Shown here piece by piece: positions 1 through 8,789 of a stretch of 64,000 bases of DNA (the stretch's first letter is position 1; the number at the start of each line of letters is the position of its first letter). A program made the translations under genes and the position numbers. The stretch is from a virus, in the IMG/VR virus record IMGVR_UViG_3300035138_000032, positions 1 through 64,000 of that record; one strand, given 5' to 3'. The notes beneath the pieces are model-generated. The model made no database searches. It saw nothing but the letters and a program-made list of their open reading frames with translations, and was not told where the DNA came from.

Positions 1-110
1 AGCTTGTAGGGAGGCGATTTTCCACACTCAGAAGTAATTGAAATAATTGATGATTCAGCGGTGAATTTTTCGATGGGATTTATATAATAATATATAATAA
101 TATCATATAG

Positions 111-190
111 TTAGTATAGAGTAATTAGTATAGAGTAGTTAGTATAGAATAGTTAGTATAGTATTAGTTAGAATTATAGTTAATATAGAA
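111..190. repeat. Tandem 14-bp repeats with core TTAGTATAGA
   Basis: TTAGTATAG at 111, 125, 139 and 153, then degenerate copies; the same core recurs at 14805-14879. Confidence 0.85.
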
Positions 191-207
191 CCGGATAGAT
201 GTATATG

Positions 208-498
208 TTAAGTAAAGGGCATTCCATCTTCAATCATATGGGCTATTAATATATCCGGAGTTAAATCAATAGGTTTTATATTTGGTATAGTTAGCATATA
301 ATTTCGTTGCGCGCGAGTAAAATCAAATGATATTGCATGTTCTCTTATATATATAGCTATTACTCTATATTCAGGTAAATATTCCGCTATATATAATAAA
401 TTCAAATATTCTCTAGCGGAATAGCGCCTATCGAAGTCTATTATTGGCCGGCCCGGCCGCGGAATTTTCTTAGAATCAATGAAAGCTTGATTAGGCAT
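208..498 (-). CDS. Hypothetical protein
   Basis: 96-aa ORF overlapping the next ORF by 8 nt in a co-oriented run. Confidence 0.6.
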   Translation of the reverse strand: MPNQAFIDSKKIPRPGRPIIDFDRRYSAREYLNLLYIAEYLPEYRVIAIYIREHAISFDFTRAQRNYMLTIPNIKPIDLTPDILIAHMIEDGMPFT

Positions 499-814
499 TT
501 AGCATTTCCTCCATAGACCTATGAGAATGGGTTATCGTTATGGTGCCTATTATCCTAAATGATTCAGTATCTCCATATGTTACGTGGATAGAATCAATGA
601 ATCTTCTAAGGTGATTGCGTTTGTATATGTATCTTCTTAGTAATAATATATCATTTGTTAGTAATGGCATGTTAGAGAATACAGGTATATCAAGTATCGT
701 ACAGCTATAGGTTTTTCTGCTAAAATCAGCAGATTTTATCACAATTCGTTGTTTTTCTTGCAAAAATCGTTCATTTGGGTCCGATTTTGGTGATTTTGTG
801 GTTATTTTAGGCAT
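491..814 (-). CDS. Hypothetical protein
   Basis: 107-aa ORF in the minus-strand run. Confidence 0.6.
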   Translation of the reverse strand: MPKITTKSPKSDPNERFLQEKQRIVIKSADFSRKTYSCTILDIPVFSNMPLLTNDILLLRRYIYKRNHLRRFIDSIHVTYGDTESFRIIGTITITHSHRSMEEMLNA

Positions 815-845
815 TTTATTGTATAATTTATTGATTTTGTTGTAT

Positions 846-1205
846 TTATTCGAAAGATAGACTTATTCCAGGTGGTTTTGTTCGTTCTATCAGTTCTCTT
901 ATTAGACGTTCCCTATACTCATCCGACGCGAGATTGTGAAAAGTACCTATATATAGTATTTTTTGATTGGTACCATGATAGTAAACTACGTCTCCTGCAA
1001 CATCTATAGTGATTTTACTAAGTGTAAGTATATATGGTAAAGCCTCTGTAATATTAATAATATAATTTAGAACTTCAGTGGTTATTGATTCTGTTGTGTA
1101 TATACCTACACCATGGGATATGTAATATAACTCTTCTCTTTTCAGCGATTTTTCTTTTAATTTGAATCGTCTATATGCTTTATTTGGGTCTATTCTTTTT
1201 TGCAT
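846..1205 (-). CDS. Hypothetical protein (start moved to MQKRIDP, 119 aa)
   Basis: The track ORF 846..1481 has an N-terminus that is only the translated DNA repeat; ATG at 1205 is the plausible start. Confidence 0.6.
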   Translation of the reverse strand: MQKRIDPNKAYRRFKLKEKSLKREELYYISHGVGIYTTESITTEVLNYIINITEALPYILTLSKITIDVAGDVVYYHGTNQKILYIGTFHNLASDEYRERLIRELIERTKPPGISLSFE

Positions 1206-1213
1206 TTTCTCAC

Positions 1214-1241
1214 TTGACAAATTGAAAAAAATGATTATGTT
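1214..1241 (+). promoter_or_regulatory. Sigma70-type promoter reading into the repeat array and RHH gene
   Basis: TTGACA(1214)-16 nt-TATGTT(1236); nearly the same layout as the promoters at 15370 and 22902. Confidence 0.65.
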
Positions 1242-1245
1242 GTTT

Positions 1246-1451
1246 GTATACAAAATGTATACAAAATGTATACAAAATAAAATGTATACAAAATGTATAC
1301 AAAATAAAATGTATACAAAATGTATACAAAATAAAATGTATACAAAATGTATACAAAATAAAATGTATACAAAATGTATACAAAATGTATACAAAATAAA
1401 ATGTATACAAAATGTATACAAAATAAAATGTATACAAAATGTATACAAAAT
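1246..1451. repeat. Array of 16 GTATACAAAAT units spaced 11 or 16 bp
   Basis: GTATAC at 1246, 1257, 1268, 1284, 1295, 1311, 1322, 1338, 1349, 1365, 1376, 1387, 1403, 1414, 1430 and 1441; palindromic core TGTATACA. Confidence 0.97.
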
Positions 1452-1465
1452 GAAAGGACAAAAAG

Positions 1466-1633
1466 ATGTATAAAGAACCAAGACCTAAGGTTATGAGTTT
1501 CCGAGCTACTGAAGAGATGATGGACACTATTAAGGAGTTTGCCGCTGAATTAGATTGTAGTATCTCGGAAGCAATAAATAGAGCTATTGAGTATGGTATA
1601 CTATATTATTACTATAATAATAAAGAGAATTAA
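1466..1633 (+). CDS. Ribbon-helix-helix (CopG/Arc-like) DNA-binding protein, 55 aa; absent from the ORF track
   Basis: MYKEPRPKVMSFRATEEMMDTIKEFAAELDCSISEAINRAIEYG...: alternating beta strand, helix, turn, then an S-x-S-E-x-I helix; AAAGGA RBS upstream. Confidence 0.75.
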   Translation: MYKEPRPKVMSFRATEEMMDTIKEFAAELDCSISEAINRAIEYGILYYYYNNKEN

Positions 1634-1803
1634 TATATTCTCCTTATTGTTGGTTCATAACCTATTTCTATCCTTATGTATTTCTTACAGTGTTCACAAA
1701 TAGATATGTGTCTTTTTGGTCTTTCTGTATTGATATATTCAATCGACATGTTTGAGTATTTATGTAGTTTACCACAATGAGGACATTTTATTTCTTGTTC
1801 CAT
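1630..1803 (-). CDS. Small zinc-ribbon protein, 57 aa; absent from the ORF track
   Basis: MEQEIKCPHCGK...ICEHCKK; start overlaps the end of 1788..2030; converges on the RHH gene. Confidence 0.7.
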   Translation of the reverse strand: MEQEIKCPHCGKLHKYSNMSIEYINTERPKRHISICEHCKKYIRIEIGYEPTIRRIY

Positions 1804-2030
1804 TCTTTTCTTACATCAACTCCTTTTTTCCGGGCCTGTAGGCTGATATCTTCTTCAATAATTATTTCTTCTGATGGCCCGGCTTCAATTTCTTTCACCA
1901 CATCATCTAATATTTTGTGCATAAATTGTACTATAGTTTTCCAAGCGTAGGGAGAGAGGCGCCCATAACCTTTTGTTCCCTGCACCCATCTCCCACCGCC
2001 AGCTTTGTAACCATATTTATCCAGCTCCAT
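1788..2030 (-). CDS. Hypothetical protein
   Basis: 80-aa ORF overlapping both neighbours. Confidence 0.6.
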   Translation of the reverse strand: MELDKYGYKAGGGRWVQGTKGYGRLSPYAWKTIVQFMHKILDDVVKEIEAGPSEEIIIEEDISLQARKKGVDVRKEWNKK

Positions 2031-2433
2031 GCGAATTTTTTCGACTAGTCGCTTCTGTATAATTAGTTCGTTGCTCAGCTTCAGTTACCCTTCTCTTTAA
2101 GTCATCTATCAAGTCAAATAAATATGCCGCGGCATCTATTCCTTTGTCGCCCGACACTCGCTTCATCAGTTCTTCTCTTACTTGGTTTTCTTCTTCCCCC
2201 AGTTCTATAAATTTCCAATTCCGTGGCGGTAATAAATACGTACAATTCTCGTCTGGTATGGTTATTAAAGTAGCTAGGCGATCATTCATACCTAACAAGC
2301 CCGGAGCTACATTAGAAGCAAACATATCTTTTACTTCTAAGACCACTTGTGAAATGTCACGTCTGGTCGTGTCATACTCTCCTCGGGCATACCAATTGCC
2401 TGCTGGTTCAAAATAATCCAGTATAATCTTCAT
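2017..2433 (-). CDS. Hypothetical protein
   Basis: 138-aa ORF with ATGA coupling to the upstream gene. Confidence 0.7.
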   Translation of the reverse strand: MKIILDYFEPAGNWYARGEYDTTRRDISQVVLEVKDMFASNVAPGLLGMNDRLATLITIPDENCTYLLPPRNWKFIELGEEENQVREELMKRVSGDKGIDAAAYLFDLIDDLKRRVTEAEQRTNYTEATSRKNSHGAG

Positions 2434-2834
2434 TTTATACTCACCAATTTGTTGGGTTTTCCTTCACGTTTTATGACTGCAAACTTGGCCGGTCCGAAGG
2501 GCGGAGGTACTACCGAAGAGCGTTCCATTATCTTTCTCATTGTAACTTTCCCTTTGATTCGAAGAGTTTGCCGAGATATCTCCTCCCCTTGATCATTATA
2601 AAATTCAGTTCCAACAGCAGTCATATATCCTTCTTCTAATTCCTCGCTGGTGATAAAGAATGGCTTTTCACCCTCTACTACAACAAGTGCGTGTTCATTT
2701 AGAAATCGTATTGCATTATCTATGATGTAGTCTTTTATCATCATAGGTGATCCAAGCTTCCGGTCCGTTGTGAGATTGCTTTCTCTAATGTGTTGCATTG
2801 TGTTACTATTATACCAATGTATTTTTATTTGCAT
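2430..2834 (-). CDS. Hypothetical protein
   Basis: 134-aa ORF with GGAGG RBS. Confidence 0.7.
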   Translation of the reverse strand: MQIKIHWYNSNTMQHIRESNLTTDRKLGSPMMIKDYIIDNAIRFLNEHALVVVEGEKPFFITSEELEEGYMTAVGTEFYNDQGEEISRQTLRIKGKVTMRKIMERSSVVPPPFGPAKFAVIKREGKPNKLVSIK

Positions 2835-2878
2835 ACTTCCTCCGTGTCAAATAAAAACGGTTACTATTTATTAATGAA

Positions 2879-2921
2879 TAAAAAAACCCAGGTGAACCTC
2901 TAAATAAAGGTTCACCTGAGT
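2879..2921 (-). terminator. Intrinsic terminator
   Basis: CAGGTGAACCT/AGGTTCACCTG stem followed by a T-run on the minus strand. Confidence 0.8.
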
Positions 2922-2961
2922 ATTACTTTAATCAATTATATTTATATATAAAATAAAATGA

Positions 2962-3762
2962 TTATACGCCCACCTGAAAGAATCTGGAGGGTTTCGGCTG
3001 ATCCACCGGTGTTCCAGTCTGCTTGGCCGCATTTAAGAGCGCTTGGATATCCACACCTGCGTTGGCATTTTCGACCGCCGCTCCTCCTGCCTGTGCCCGC
3101 AGCATTGTCATCAGCCCGGTCATGAGTTCATTCGTATTATTTCCATCGATCGCATTTCCTTTTCCCTGGAACGGACCGATACCGGCGCCTCTGGGTGTTT
3201 CCACGGTTGCATATCCATATACCGGTGAATTGGGATTGAATGGCATATTTCGGCGTTTTTCGAGCTCGGCCTGCCACTCCTGGTAATCAGCTGTTCCTGG
3301 CAGGTTCCACCCAATGGGCCTCTGGCCGGCCTGGATTTCCTCCAGGATATGTTTTTGTGATTCCGCACCGAATAGGATCCATCCGGGGATCATCTTAAAC
3401 CCGACTTTCTTGGTGGTGAGCGGGGTGCCGTCCGCTTTGGTCACCATCGTTCCCGGCTGTCCTTGTACGGTGCTGGGTTGAAATACCCGTCCATCATACA
3501 GCTGGGGCACACATACACAGGAGAAGTCTTTTCCCCTGCTCAGGCTTTTCGCGCCCACGTCGGCCATTTTGTTCCATACGGTAAAGTTGTAGACGTCCGC
3601 GCGTCCTCTTCCATCATTTTCCAGGCCGGGTAAGTTGCAGAATGCATCAATCATGAGTCGCTGGTTTACGTCCGTACCGTTTTTGCTGTGCGCCGGTATA
3701 TAGGTGGTGCGAATGGTCGATAATCCGACAAAGATACTTAACGCCATGCTTCTTGAAGCCAT
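2962..3762 (-). CDS. Divergent SSB-like OB-fold protein
   Basis: ADVYNFTVWNKMADVGAKSLSRGK resembles the SSB motif W-x-x-A-E-x5-L-x-K-G; low-complexity C-terminal tail; GGAGG RBS before the ATG at 3762. Confidence 0.55.
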   Translation of the reverse strand: MASRSMALSIFVGLSTIRTTYIPAHSKNGTDVNQRLMIDAFCNLPGLENDGRGRADVYNFTVWNKMADVGAKSLSRGKDFSCVCVPQLYDGRVFQPSTVQGQPGTMVTKADGTPLTTKKVGFKMIPGWILFGAESQKHILEEIQAGQRPIGWNLPGTADYQEWQAELEKRRNMPFNPNSPVYGYATVETPRGAGIGPFQGKGNAIDGNNTNELMTGLMTMLRAQAGGAAVENANAGVDIQALLNAAKQTGTPVDQPKPSRFFQVGV

Positions 3763-3836
3763 AAGTTTTACCTCCGTAGTTTGTTGTTTTGGGTAGTTTG
3801 TAGTTGTGCGTAGGGGCCGACCTCGACCCAACGCGA

Positions 3837-4124
3837 TCAGAAATCGGTTAAGAGAAACTCAAATTCTTCTTCTGGTATTGGCTCACCCGTGTTCGGATTC
3901 TCGTGCGTTAGTGGGATATGGAATATTTCTTTTTGTCGCTCCCGTTCGCATGCCTCTACTTTTCTCACTTTCATTGTTGTATAATCATATAATACGAGGC
4001 AGGGGTCTCCGATTTTTAGTGTCTCGTGTTGGGGAAGCCTAAGTGTACTTCCTGTGGGTAGCTGCACTTTGAGCAGTCCCACGTTTCCGGTAACGACGCC
4101 TTTTAGCGCCGTAACGGTGATCAT
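3837..4124 (-). CDS. Hypothetical protein (small beta-barrel-like)
   Basis: ATGA overlap with the upstream gene; LKIGDPCLVLYD. Confidence 0.6.
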   Translation of the reverse strand: MITVTALKGVVTGNVGLLKVQLPTGSTLRLPQHETLKIGDPCLVLYDYTTMKVRKVEACERERQKEIFHIPLTHENPNTGEPIPEEEFEFLLTDF

Positions 4125-5677
4125 TGCACGGTTTCGTAGACATTGTCCACGATTTTTACGGCGCATTTTTCGTTGAACGTTGATCCGGCGCCTGCTTCAT
4201 CTCTGAACACCCATGCAATGATATGCCCCTGGCTTGCCTGGGCGGCATATTGTGTGAGCGCTCCATTGGCATTTTTCTTGTACGGATTCTGTGTCAGAAA
4301 CGATCTCAATACCTTGTTTCCGCCAAGATTTAGGGCCAGTTTGTATCCAACGATACCGCTTTTGGGAAATACCAAACCTGTTACTGCGCCGTTGAATGGC
4401 AATTCCGTTGCGGATTGTGTGTTTTCGATGGTGTAGCTCTGATATGACACAATCACGCCTTCGGCGCCGTATCGTTTGACAATTTCGCTCAAATCCACCG
4501 GATGGGCGATGGCCGGGATGTTTCCAAAGTGAAACGTATTGGTAGCGGGATTCTTTTTCCAGCCACAGTTCACGAACATGTGGTGGTACAGTTTTAGCCA
4601 TACTTCTTTCAGGAACGCCGGCAACATTTCCGTTGCGATGGTCGGCGCCGCACCCATTGTCACTGTTGATCCTGCTACTTCGTTGGGCAGTGGTACCTCA
4701 AACGGATTCGCATTTTCTTTGGGAGTGCTCGGTGCGTTTGTATTGACCGGTGTAGGGGGTACAGGCTGTGTACCCGTTCCGGCCAACATTGCCGTAATCT
4801 TGTTCAGGTAGTCTTGGGTAATTGCCGGTTCCGGTGTTTCTTCATCGACCTTTACTTCAGCGGTTCCGGCCACGGCTGGTTCCTGAACTTCGACTGATAC
4901 CGGTTTATCCACCACTTCGTGTACCTGTTCACCGTTCTCCAGATGGCCCTCGAGATTCACCGCTGTTACTTCTTGTTCCCACGCTTCCTCATCATTGGTG
5001 TAAGCCATTTTGATGAATTCACGTAGCGTTGTACAGCTTTTGGGGCCATCTTCGTAAACCACGCCATTGGCCAACTGGTCTTTGGCTTTGATCACCCAGG
5101 GCAGGTCTTTGGTGTCTTCACCGATGAATAAATCCATGAGCTCAACGCCGATGTACCCGAGGTCATCCGCCGGGATTTCGATGTCATACGTTTTGGCCAG
5201 GAATACCAGATCCGCCATTGCGTCGTTGTTGGCCGATTCTTCGAGTTCAACCGGTGCTTCCCTTTTTGCCTGTTCGTATATCGCTCTGTCCATCTGTGCG
5301 TTTTCGATGTGACTGATCTCATGTCCAATGGCCACTAATACATTCACCCAGATGATCCCGGCCAGTCCGAGGTTCACGTCCCCGCCGGCCGCAATCACTT
5401 TGGCATCTTCCATGCATTTCGCCAGGTTAATCACGATGGCGTCCACGTCCTCGTGGGCCATTCCGATGTTTCCTTCCGGATAATTGTCTTTCCGGAACAT
5501 CACCAACCGCGGCGGGTAATCCTTGTGTCGATCCAACAGCGCGCAGAGTAATCCGGTCATTTTGTCTCCGACCAGTTCCGCGCCGACGATCATTGTACCG
5601 CCCTTTGTGATGATGAATTCCTCGATCTCGGTTTCAACTTTCTTTTCTTGCTGTACTGCTGTTGCTACTTCATTCAT
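4121..5677 (-). CDS. 518-aa protein with an HExxH metallopeptidase-like motif and a Pro/Thr-rich linker
   Basis: VAIGHEISH followed by a downstream E (LEESAN); two domains joined by a linker; GGAGG RBS. Confidence 0.6.
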   Translation of the reverse strand: MNEVATAVQQEKKVETEIEEFIITKGGTMIVGAELVGDKMTGLLCALLDRHKDYPPRLVMFRKDNYPEGNIGMAHEDVDAIVINLAKCMEDAKVIAAGGDVNLGLAGIIWVNVLVAIGHEISHIENAQMDRAIYEQAKREAPVELEESANNDAMADLVFLAKTYDIEIPADDLGYIGVELMDLFIGEDTKDLPWVIKAKDQLANGVVYEDGPKSCTTLREFIKMAYTNDEEAWEQEVTAVNLEGHLENGEQVHEVVDKPVSVEVQEPAVAGTAEVKVDEETPEPAITQDYLNKITAMLAGTGTQPVPPTPVNTNAPSTPKENANPFEVPLPNEVAGSTVTMGAAPTIATEMLPAFLKEVWLKLYHHMFVNCGWKKNPATNTFHFGNIPAIAHPVDLSEIVKRYGAEGVIVSYQSYTIENTQSATELPFNGAVTGLVFPKSGIVGYKLALNLGGNKVLRSFLTQNPYKKNANGALTQYAAQASQGHIIAWVFRDEAGAGSTFNEKCAVKIVDNVYETVQ

Positions 5678-5740
5678 AATCCCTCCTGTCTTGTTGTTAA
5701 CGTTAACATGTTAGCCTTGCGCTAGGACCTCTATCGCATA

Positions 5741-5773
5741 ACGGTCCAGAGAAACAATGCAATGAACCGATCT
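5741..5773 (-). ncRNA. Repeated intergenic stem motif Q, copy 1
   Basis: Plus-strand RCRGT-N4/5-AGAAAC-Nx-CYGATCT; CGG/CCG version. Confidence 0.5.
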
Positions 5774-5791
5774 ACGCCACATAAATTTGTA

Positions 5792-6046
5792 TTATACCTC
5801 CTTGTGTTTCATGAGTTCTTCCCAAGCCTTTCCCTCACCGCGTCTGAACTTTGATGCCTGACGTTTTGTGGGCGCTATTCCAGATGCCATGCATGCGTTA
5901 ATGAACGATGTGTTCTCCTTAGCAAAAATTGCGTTTGATTCCGGCTCTTGGGTTTTTGGTTTTCGCACTGTAAATTCGAGTTTTTTCTTTATTGATTCTA
6001 TGGCCATTTCCGATAATAAGTCCACTATTTGTGATAATGTTGCCAT
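5792..6046 (-). CDS. Hypothetical basic protein
   Basis: 84 aa, GGGAGG RBS, PTKRQASKFRRGEG. Confidence 0.7.
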   Translation of the reverse strand: MATLSQIVDLLSEMAIESIKKKLEFTVRKPKTQEPESNAIFAKENTSFINACMASGIAPTKRQASKFRRGEGKAWEELMKHKEV

Positions 6047-6097
6047 AATATCCTCCCTAATTTATTTGTCGTGTAGTCTCTTCCTCATGACCACATG

Positions 6098-6862
6098 TTA
6101 ACTCGGAATATCTCTGAGCCAGAGCTTGATATATTTCTCATCAACAACCCGATCACGCATAACCTCTCGATTACCGATGTCCCTGGCCCACCAATAAGCC
6201 CATCTCGACTCGGTGACTCTATCTCTCATTATTTCTTCATCACCGATATGCCTGGCCCAATAAAAAGCCCATCCTGACTCGGTGATCCGATCTCTCATGA
6301 TTTTCCTATCACCGATAAACTTGGCCCAGTTATAAGCCCATCTCGACTCGGTGACTCTATCTCTCATTATTTCTTCATCACCGATATGCCTGGCCCAATA
6401 AAAAGCCCATTCTGACTCGGTGACTTTATTTCGCATGATCTCTTTATCGCCGATAAACCTGGCCCAGCGATAAGCCCATTCTGATTCAACAACTTTATCA
6501 CGCATGACTTCTTTATCACCGATATCCCTGGCCCAATAATAAGCCCATCCTGACTCGGTGATCCGATCTCTCATGATTTTCCTATCACCGATAAACTTGG
6601 CCCAGTTATAAGCCCAATACGATTCAGTGATTTTCTCACACATGATCTTTCGATCACCGATATTCCTGGCCCATCGATAAGCCCATTCTGAATTGATTTC
6701 AATATCTTTGATTACCTCGAGAACAATTTTACGAAATGGTTTTAGCTCTTTCATAATTTCGTCGAAACACTTATCTTCATCCTCAAATATATCTACTACG
6801 TCCTCCGGCAGTTTGCCAGAGAACAATTCTTTTGCCAGTTTTCTTTGTTCTTTGTAATTCAT
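6098..6862 (-). CDS. Trp-rich 23-aa tandem-repeat protein A (8 repeats)
   Basis: ESxWAYxWARxIGDxxxMRDRVT x8 between N- and C-terminal caps; AAGGAGG RBS. Confidence 0.9.
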   Translation of the reverse strand: MNYKEQRKLAKELFSGKLPEDVVDIFEDEDKCFDEIMKELKPFRKIVLEVIKDIEINSEWAYRWARNIGDRKIMCEKITESYWAYNWAKFIGDRKIMRDRITESGWAYYWARDIGDKEVMRDKVVESEWAYRWARFIGDKEIMRNKVTESEWAFYWARHIGDEEIMRDRVTESRWAYNWAKFIGDRKIMRDRITESGWAFYWARHIGDEEIMRDRVTESRWAYWWARDIGNREVMRDRVVDEKYIKLWLRDIPS

Positions 6863-6886
6863 TGAAACCTCCTTGTATGTTTTTCC

Positions 6887-6954
6887 GGCAACGGAGCTTG
6901 ACCTCGTCCAGCGGCTTCCAAAGGGGCAGTCGAGAGAAACGAATCCTCTGATCT
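6887..6954 (-). ncRNA. Motif Q copy 2 (6926-6954) next to a degenerate pseudoknot motif P (6887-6924)
   Basis: Sequence similarity to the other copies; lies directly upstream of the RBS of repeat protein A. Confidence 0.5.
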
Positions 6955-6963
6955 GTTTTTACC

Positions 6964-7404
6964 TTATGCCCTGTGTTCCACGAGGGTATGGTTCAAGCCA
7001 TTGAGTTGCTCATCGATGATCTTCGAAATAATGTTCCAATCACCTCCTCCAATGCGTGGGTATCCGATTCGTTTGTGTGGAAACATTACTCCGACTGCAG
7101 CGAAGGCTGTTTCAATCGCGCTGTAGTTGGTTTGCAGTCTTTTACCATAGCCAAATTGTGTATAGGCATTGATAATGGTAATGTCGTGGCCATTTCTGTT
7201 GACAGTAGCCTGTGTGAACGATCCTAATTTGTTCATATCACCTCGGACCGTTCTCTGATCTGCCGACCAAGCTTCTGGAAAGTTAATGCGAATTTGATTT
7301 GCAAAACCAGCTCCCATGGTATTGAAACAGTTGCATCCATGTACAATAAGATTGAACGTTCCTGTCAGCGCGAGGCTGATTAAATCGCCTTTGATTATTC
7401 TCAT
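6964..7404 (-). CDS. Macro domain protein (ADP-ribose binding/hydrolase)
   Basis: IIKGDL, IVHGCNCFNTMGAGFA, NAYTQ and PRIGGG motifs. Confidence 0.9.
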   Translation of the reverse strand: MRIIKGDLISLALTGTFNLIVHGCNCFNTMGAGFANQIRINFPEAWSADQRTVRGDMNKLGSFTQATVNRNGHDITIINAYTQFGYGKRLQTNYSAIETAFAAVGVMFPHKRIGYPRIGGGDWNIISKIIDEQLNGLNHTLVEHRA

Positions 7405-7772
7405 GATCTTATTCTCCTGTCCAGTAAGGCGGCATCCCCATTGTGTTTAATCCACCATTGGACCCAAGTAATGGGTGTGTTATTGTTTATGAGTGCTTTT
7501 AATACTGCGTGTCTGAGATTTGGTTGTCGGCCTGAGTATATTACCATATCTTCAAAGTCGCCATTTTTAATCATCTCAAGGAGTTCTTCATTCAGGGTTC
7601 CTCGCAGCATTCTCCTTGCCAAGCGCTTCTGTTTTTTTATCTCCTTCTCCGCGTCTTGTTTGATGTTCTTGATACTTGTGGTGATTTTGCCGGCGACGTT
7701 AATTAAGAGTTCATCTCCGAGTTGAATGGACGCAGTGAATTTGTTATTTTCGATTTGAAATGAAAGCTTCAT
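7401..7772 (-). CDS. Hypothetical protein
   Basis: 123 aa, GGAGG RBS, ATGA coupling. Confidence 0.7.
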   Translation of the reverse strand: MKLSFQIENNKFTASIQLGDELLINVAGKITTSIKNIKQDAEKEIKKQKRLARRMLRGTLNEELLEMIKNGDFEDMVIYSGRQPNLRHAVLKALINNNTPITWVQWWIKHNGDAALLDRRIRS

Positions 7773-7802
7773 TCTATTACCTCCTGTTTCTGTTATCAGA
7801 GA

Positions 7803-7831
7803 ACGGTAGTATAGAAACCGTCCTCCGATCT
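7803..7831 (-). ncRNA. Motif Q copy 3
   Basis: ACGGT-agtat-AGAAAC-cgtcct-CCGATCT, enclosed by a GAGAAC/GTTCTC stem. Confidence 0.5.
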
Positions 7832-7851
7832 GTTCTCAGCACCTGGTCTGT

Positions 7852-8016
7852 TCATTCACCTCCCAGACATTTTGTGTAACCGACTGATCTCAGGAATAAG
7901 TACTTTGCCCATTCCTTATAGACACTGATGGAAGCAGCACGTGTAGCATACGGCCGATGTTTTGTGTGGTCGTTAAGGTATGGATCGCAGGCTGCTTTGC
8001 ATTGGTCAGTGTTCAT
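7852..8016 (-). CDS. Small hypothetical protein, 54 aa; absent from the ORF track
   Basis: MNTDQCKAACDPY...; AGGAGG RBS. Confidence 0.6.
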   Translation of the reverse strand: MNTDQCKAACDPYLNDHTKHRPYATRAASISVYKEWAKYLFLRSVGYTKCLGGE

Positions 8017-8061
8017 GTTAATTACCTCCTGGTGTTTGTTTATATGTTAATGATCAAAATT

Positions 8062-8102
8062 ACAGTAATAGAGAAACTGATCAGCAGTTCATTCTCTGAT
8101 CT
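8062..8102 (-). ncRNA. Motif Q copy 4
   Basis: ACAGT-aatag-AGAAAC-18 nt-CTGATCT. Confidence 0.5.
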
Positions 8103-8119
8103 ATTCAGTGTATACGCCA

Positions 8120-8236
8120 TCACAGTAGTGCTACGCCTACGGCCAGTATAAGTCCAAGCCAGCGATCACATTTACCATCACGTACTTCATAGGCGATGAT
8201 GACGCAGGTAACAATTTTTGCAATTAGGATTCCCAT
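8120..8236 (-). CDS. Small hydrophobic peptide, 38 aa; absent from the ORF track
   Basis: MGILIAKIVTCVIIAYEVRDGKCDRWLGLILAVGVALL; AGGAGG RBS. Confidence 0.55.
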   Translation of the reverse strand: MGILIAKIVTCVIIAYEVRDGKCDRWLGLILAVGVALL

Positions 8237-8249
8237 GTTATTCACCTCC

Positions 8250-8285
8250 TGCTACAAGTTTAACCTCAGCCAGCAGCTTCCGAGG
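8250..8285 (-). ncRNA. Pseudoknot-like motif P, variant copy
   Basis: Minus strand CCUCGG-AAGCUGC-UGG-CUGAGG-UUAAACUU-GUAGCA. Confidence 0.6.
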
Positions 8286-8365
8286 AGCCCGGTTTTCCTG
8301 GGACTTCCGAAATTTTTTCCAGTTCTATTCATAGAGGTAGTTTTTAGGGGCAGGGCACCCGGTTG

Positions 8366-8746
8366 TTATACTTCCACTATTACTTGACACTTTGTAATAT
8401 CAAACACCTTTATGAATCCCCTGTCGTCACTCAGCACAAGATTAAGTTGGTCTGAATACCAGCCATTGTTGTGGCCATAGCCAGGAATACGCACAGGGAA
8501 GCCTGCCAATGGGATTAAAGCAATGCCATACCCCTCTATTCGTTCAAAGAATCCATCAGACGTTAAGTCGAACTCAAGTCCTTCGAAGTCTGCAATAGTC
8601 AAGTCTGCGAAACTTAAATAATGCGATTCGCAACAAAATTGACTATTGTCAGAGATTAAATATTCACTATGGTCAGAGGTTAAAACCACCCCATTGTCAA
8701 ACTCCAAAGATTCATCGTCGATCTTAACAACCTTAACTTTATCCAT
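8366..8746 (-). CDS. Phage hypothetical protein (CCES...NNGWYS motifs)
   Basis: Start moved to MDKVKV, which has a GGGAGG RBS. Confidence 0.7.
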   Translation of the reverse strand: MDKVKVVKIDDESLEFDNGVVLTSDHSEYLISDNSQFCCESHYLSFADLTIADFEGLEFDLTSDGFFERIEGYGIALIPLAGFPVRIPGYGHNNGWYSDQLNLVLSDDRGFIKVFDITKCQVIVEV

Positions 8747-8789
8747 ATCTATTCCTCCCGTTCTTGCCGCAAAATTTTCACGATTTCTC

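Noticed and set aside
1246-1451. CRISPR array
   Set aside because: The units are 11 or 16 bp with no unique spacers, and no cas genes are present.
1162-1527. ORFs 1162..1473(+) and 1210..1527(-), and the N-terminal extension of 846..1481(-)
   Set aside because: They are translations of the stop-poor GTATACAAAAT DNA array and overlap better-supported genes.
7247-7807. 13-bp inverted repeat ACCGTTCTCTGAT / ATCAGAGAACGGT
   Set aside because: One arm is inside the macro gene, and a single match of this length is plausible by chance.
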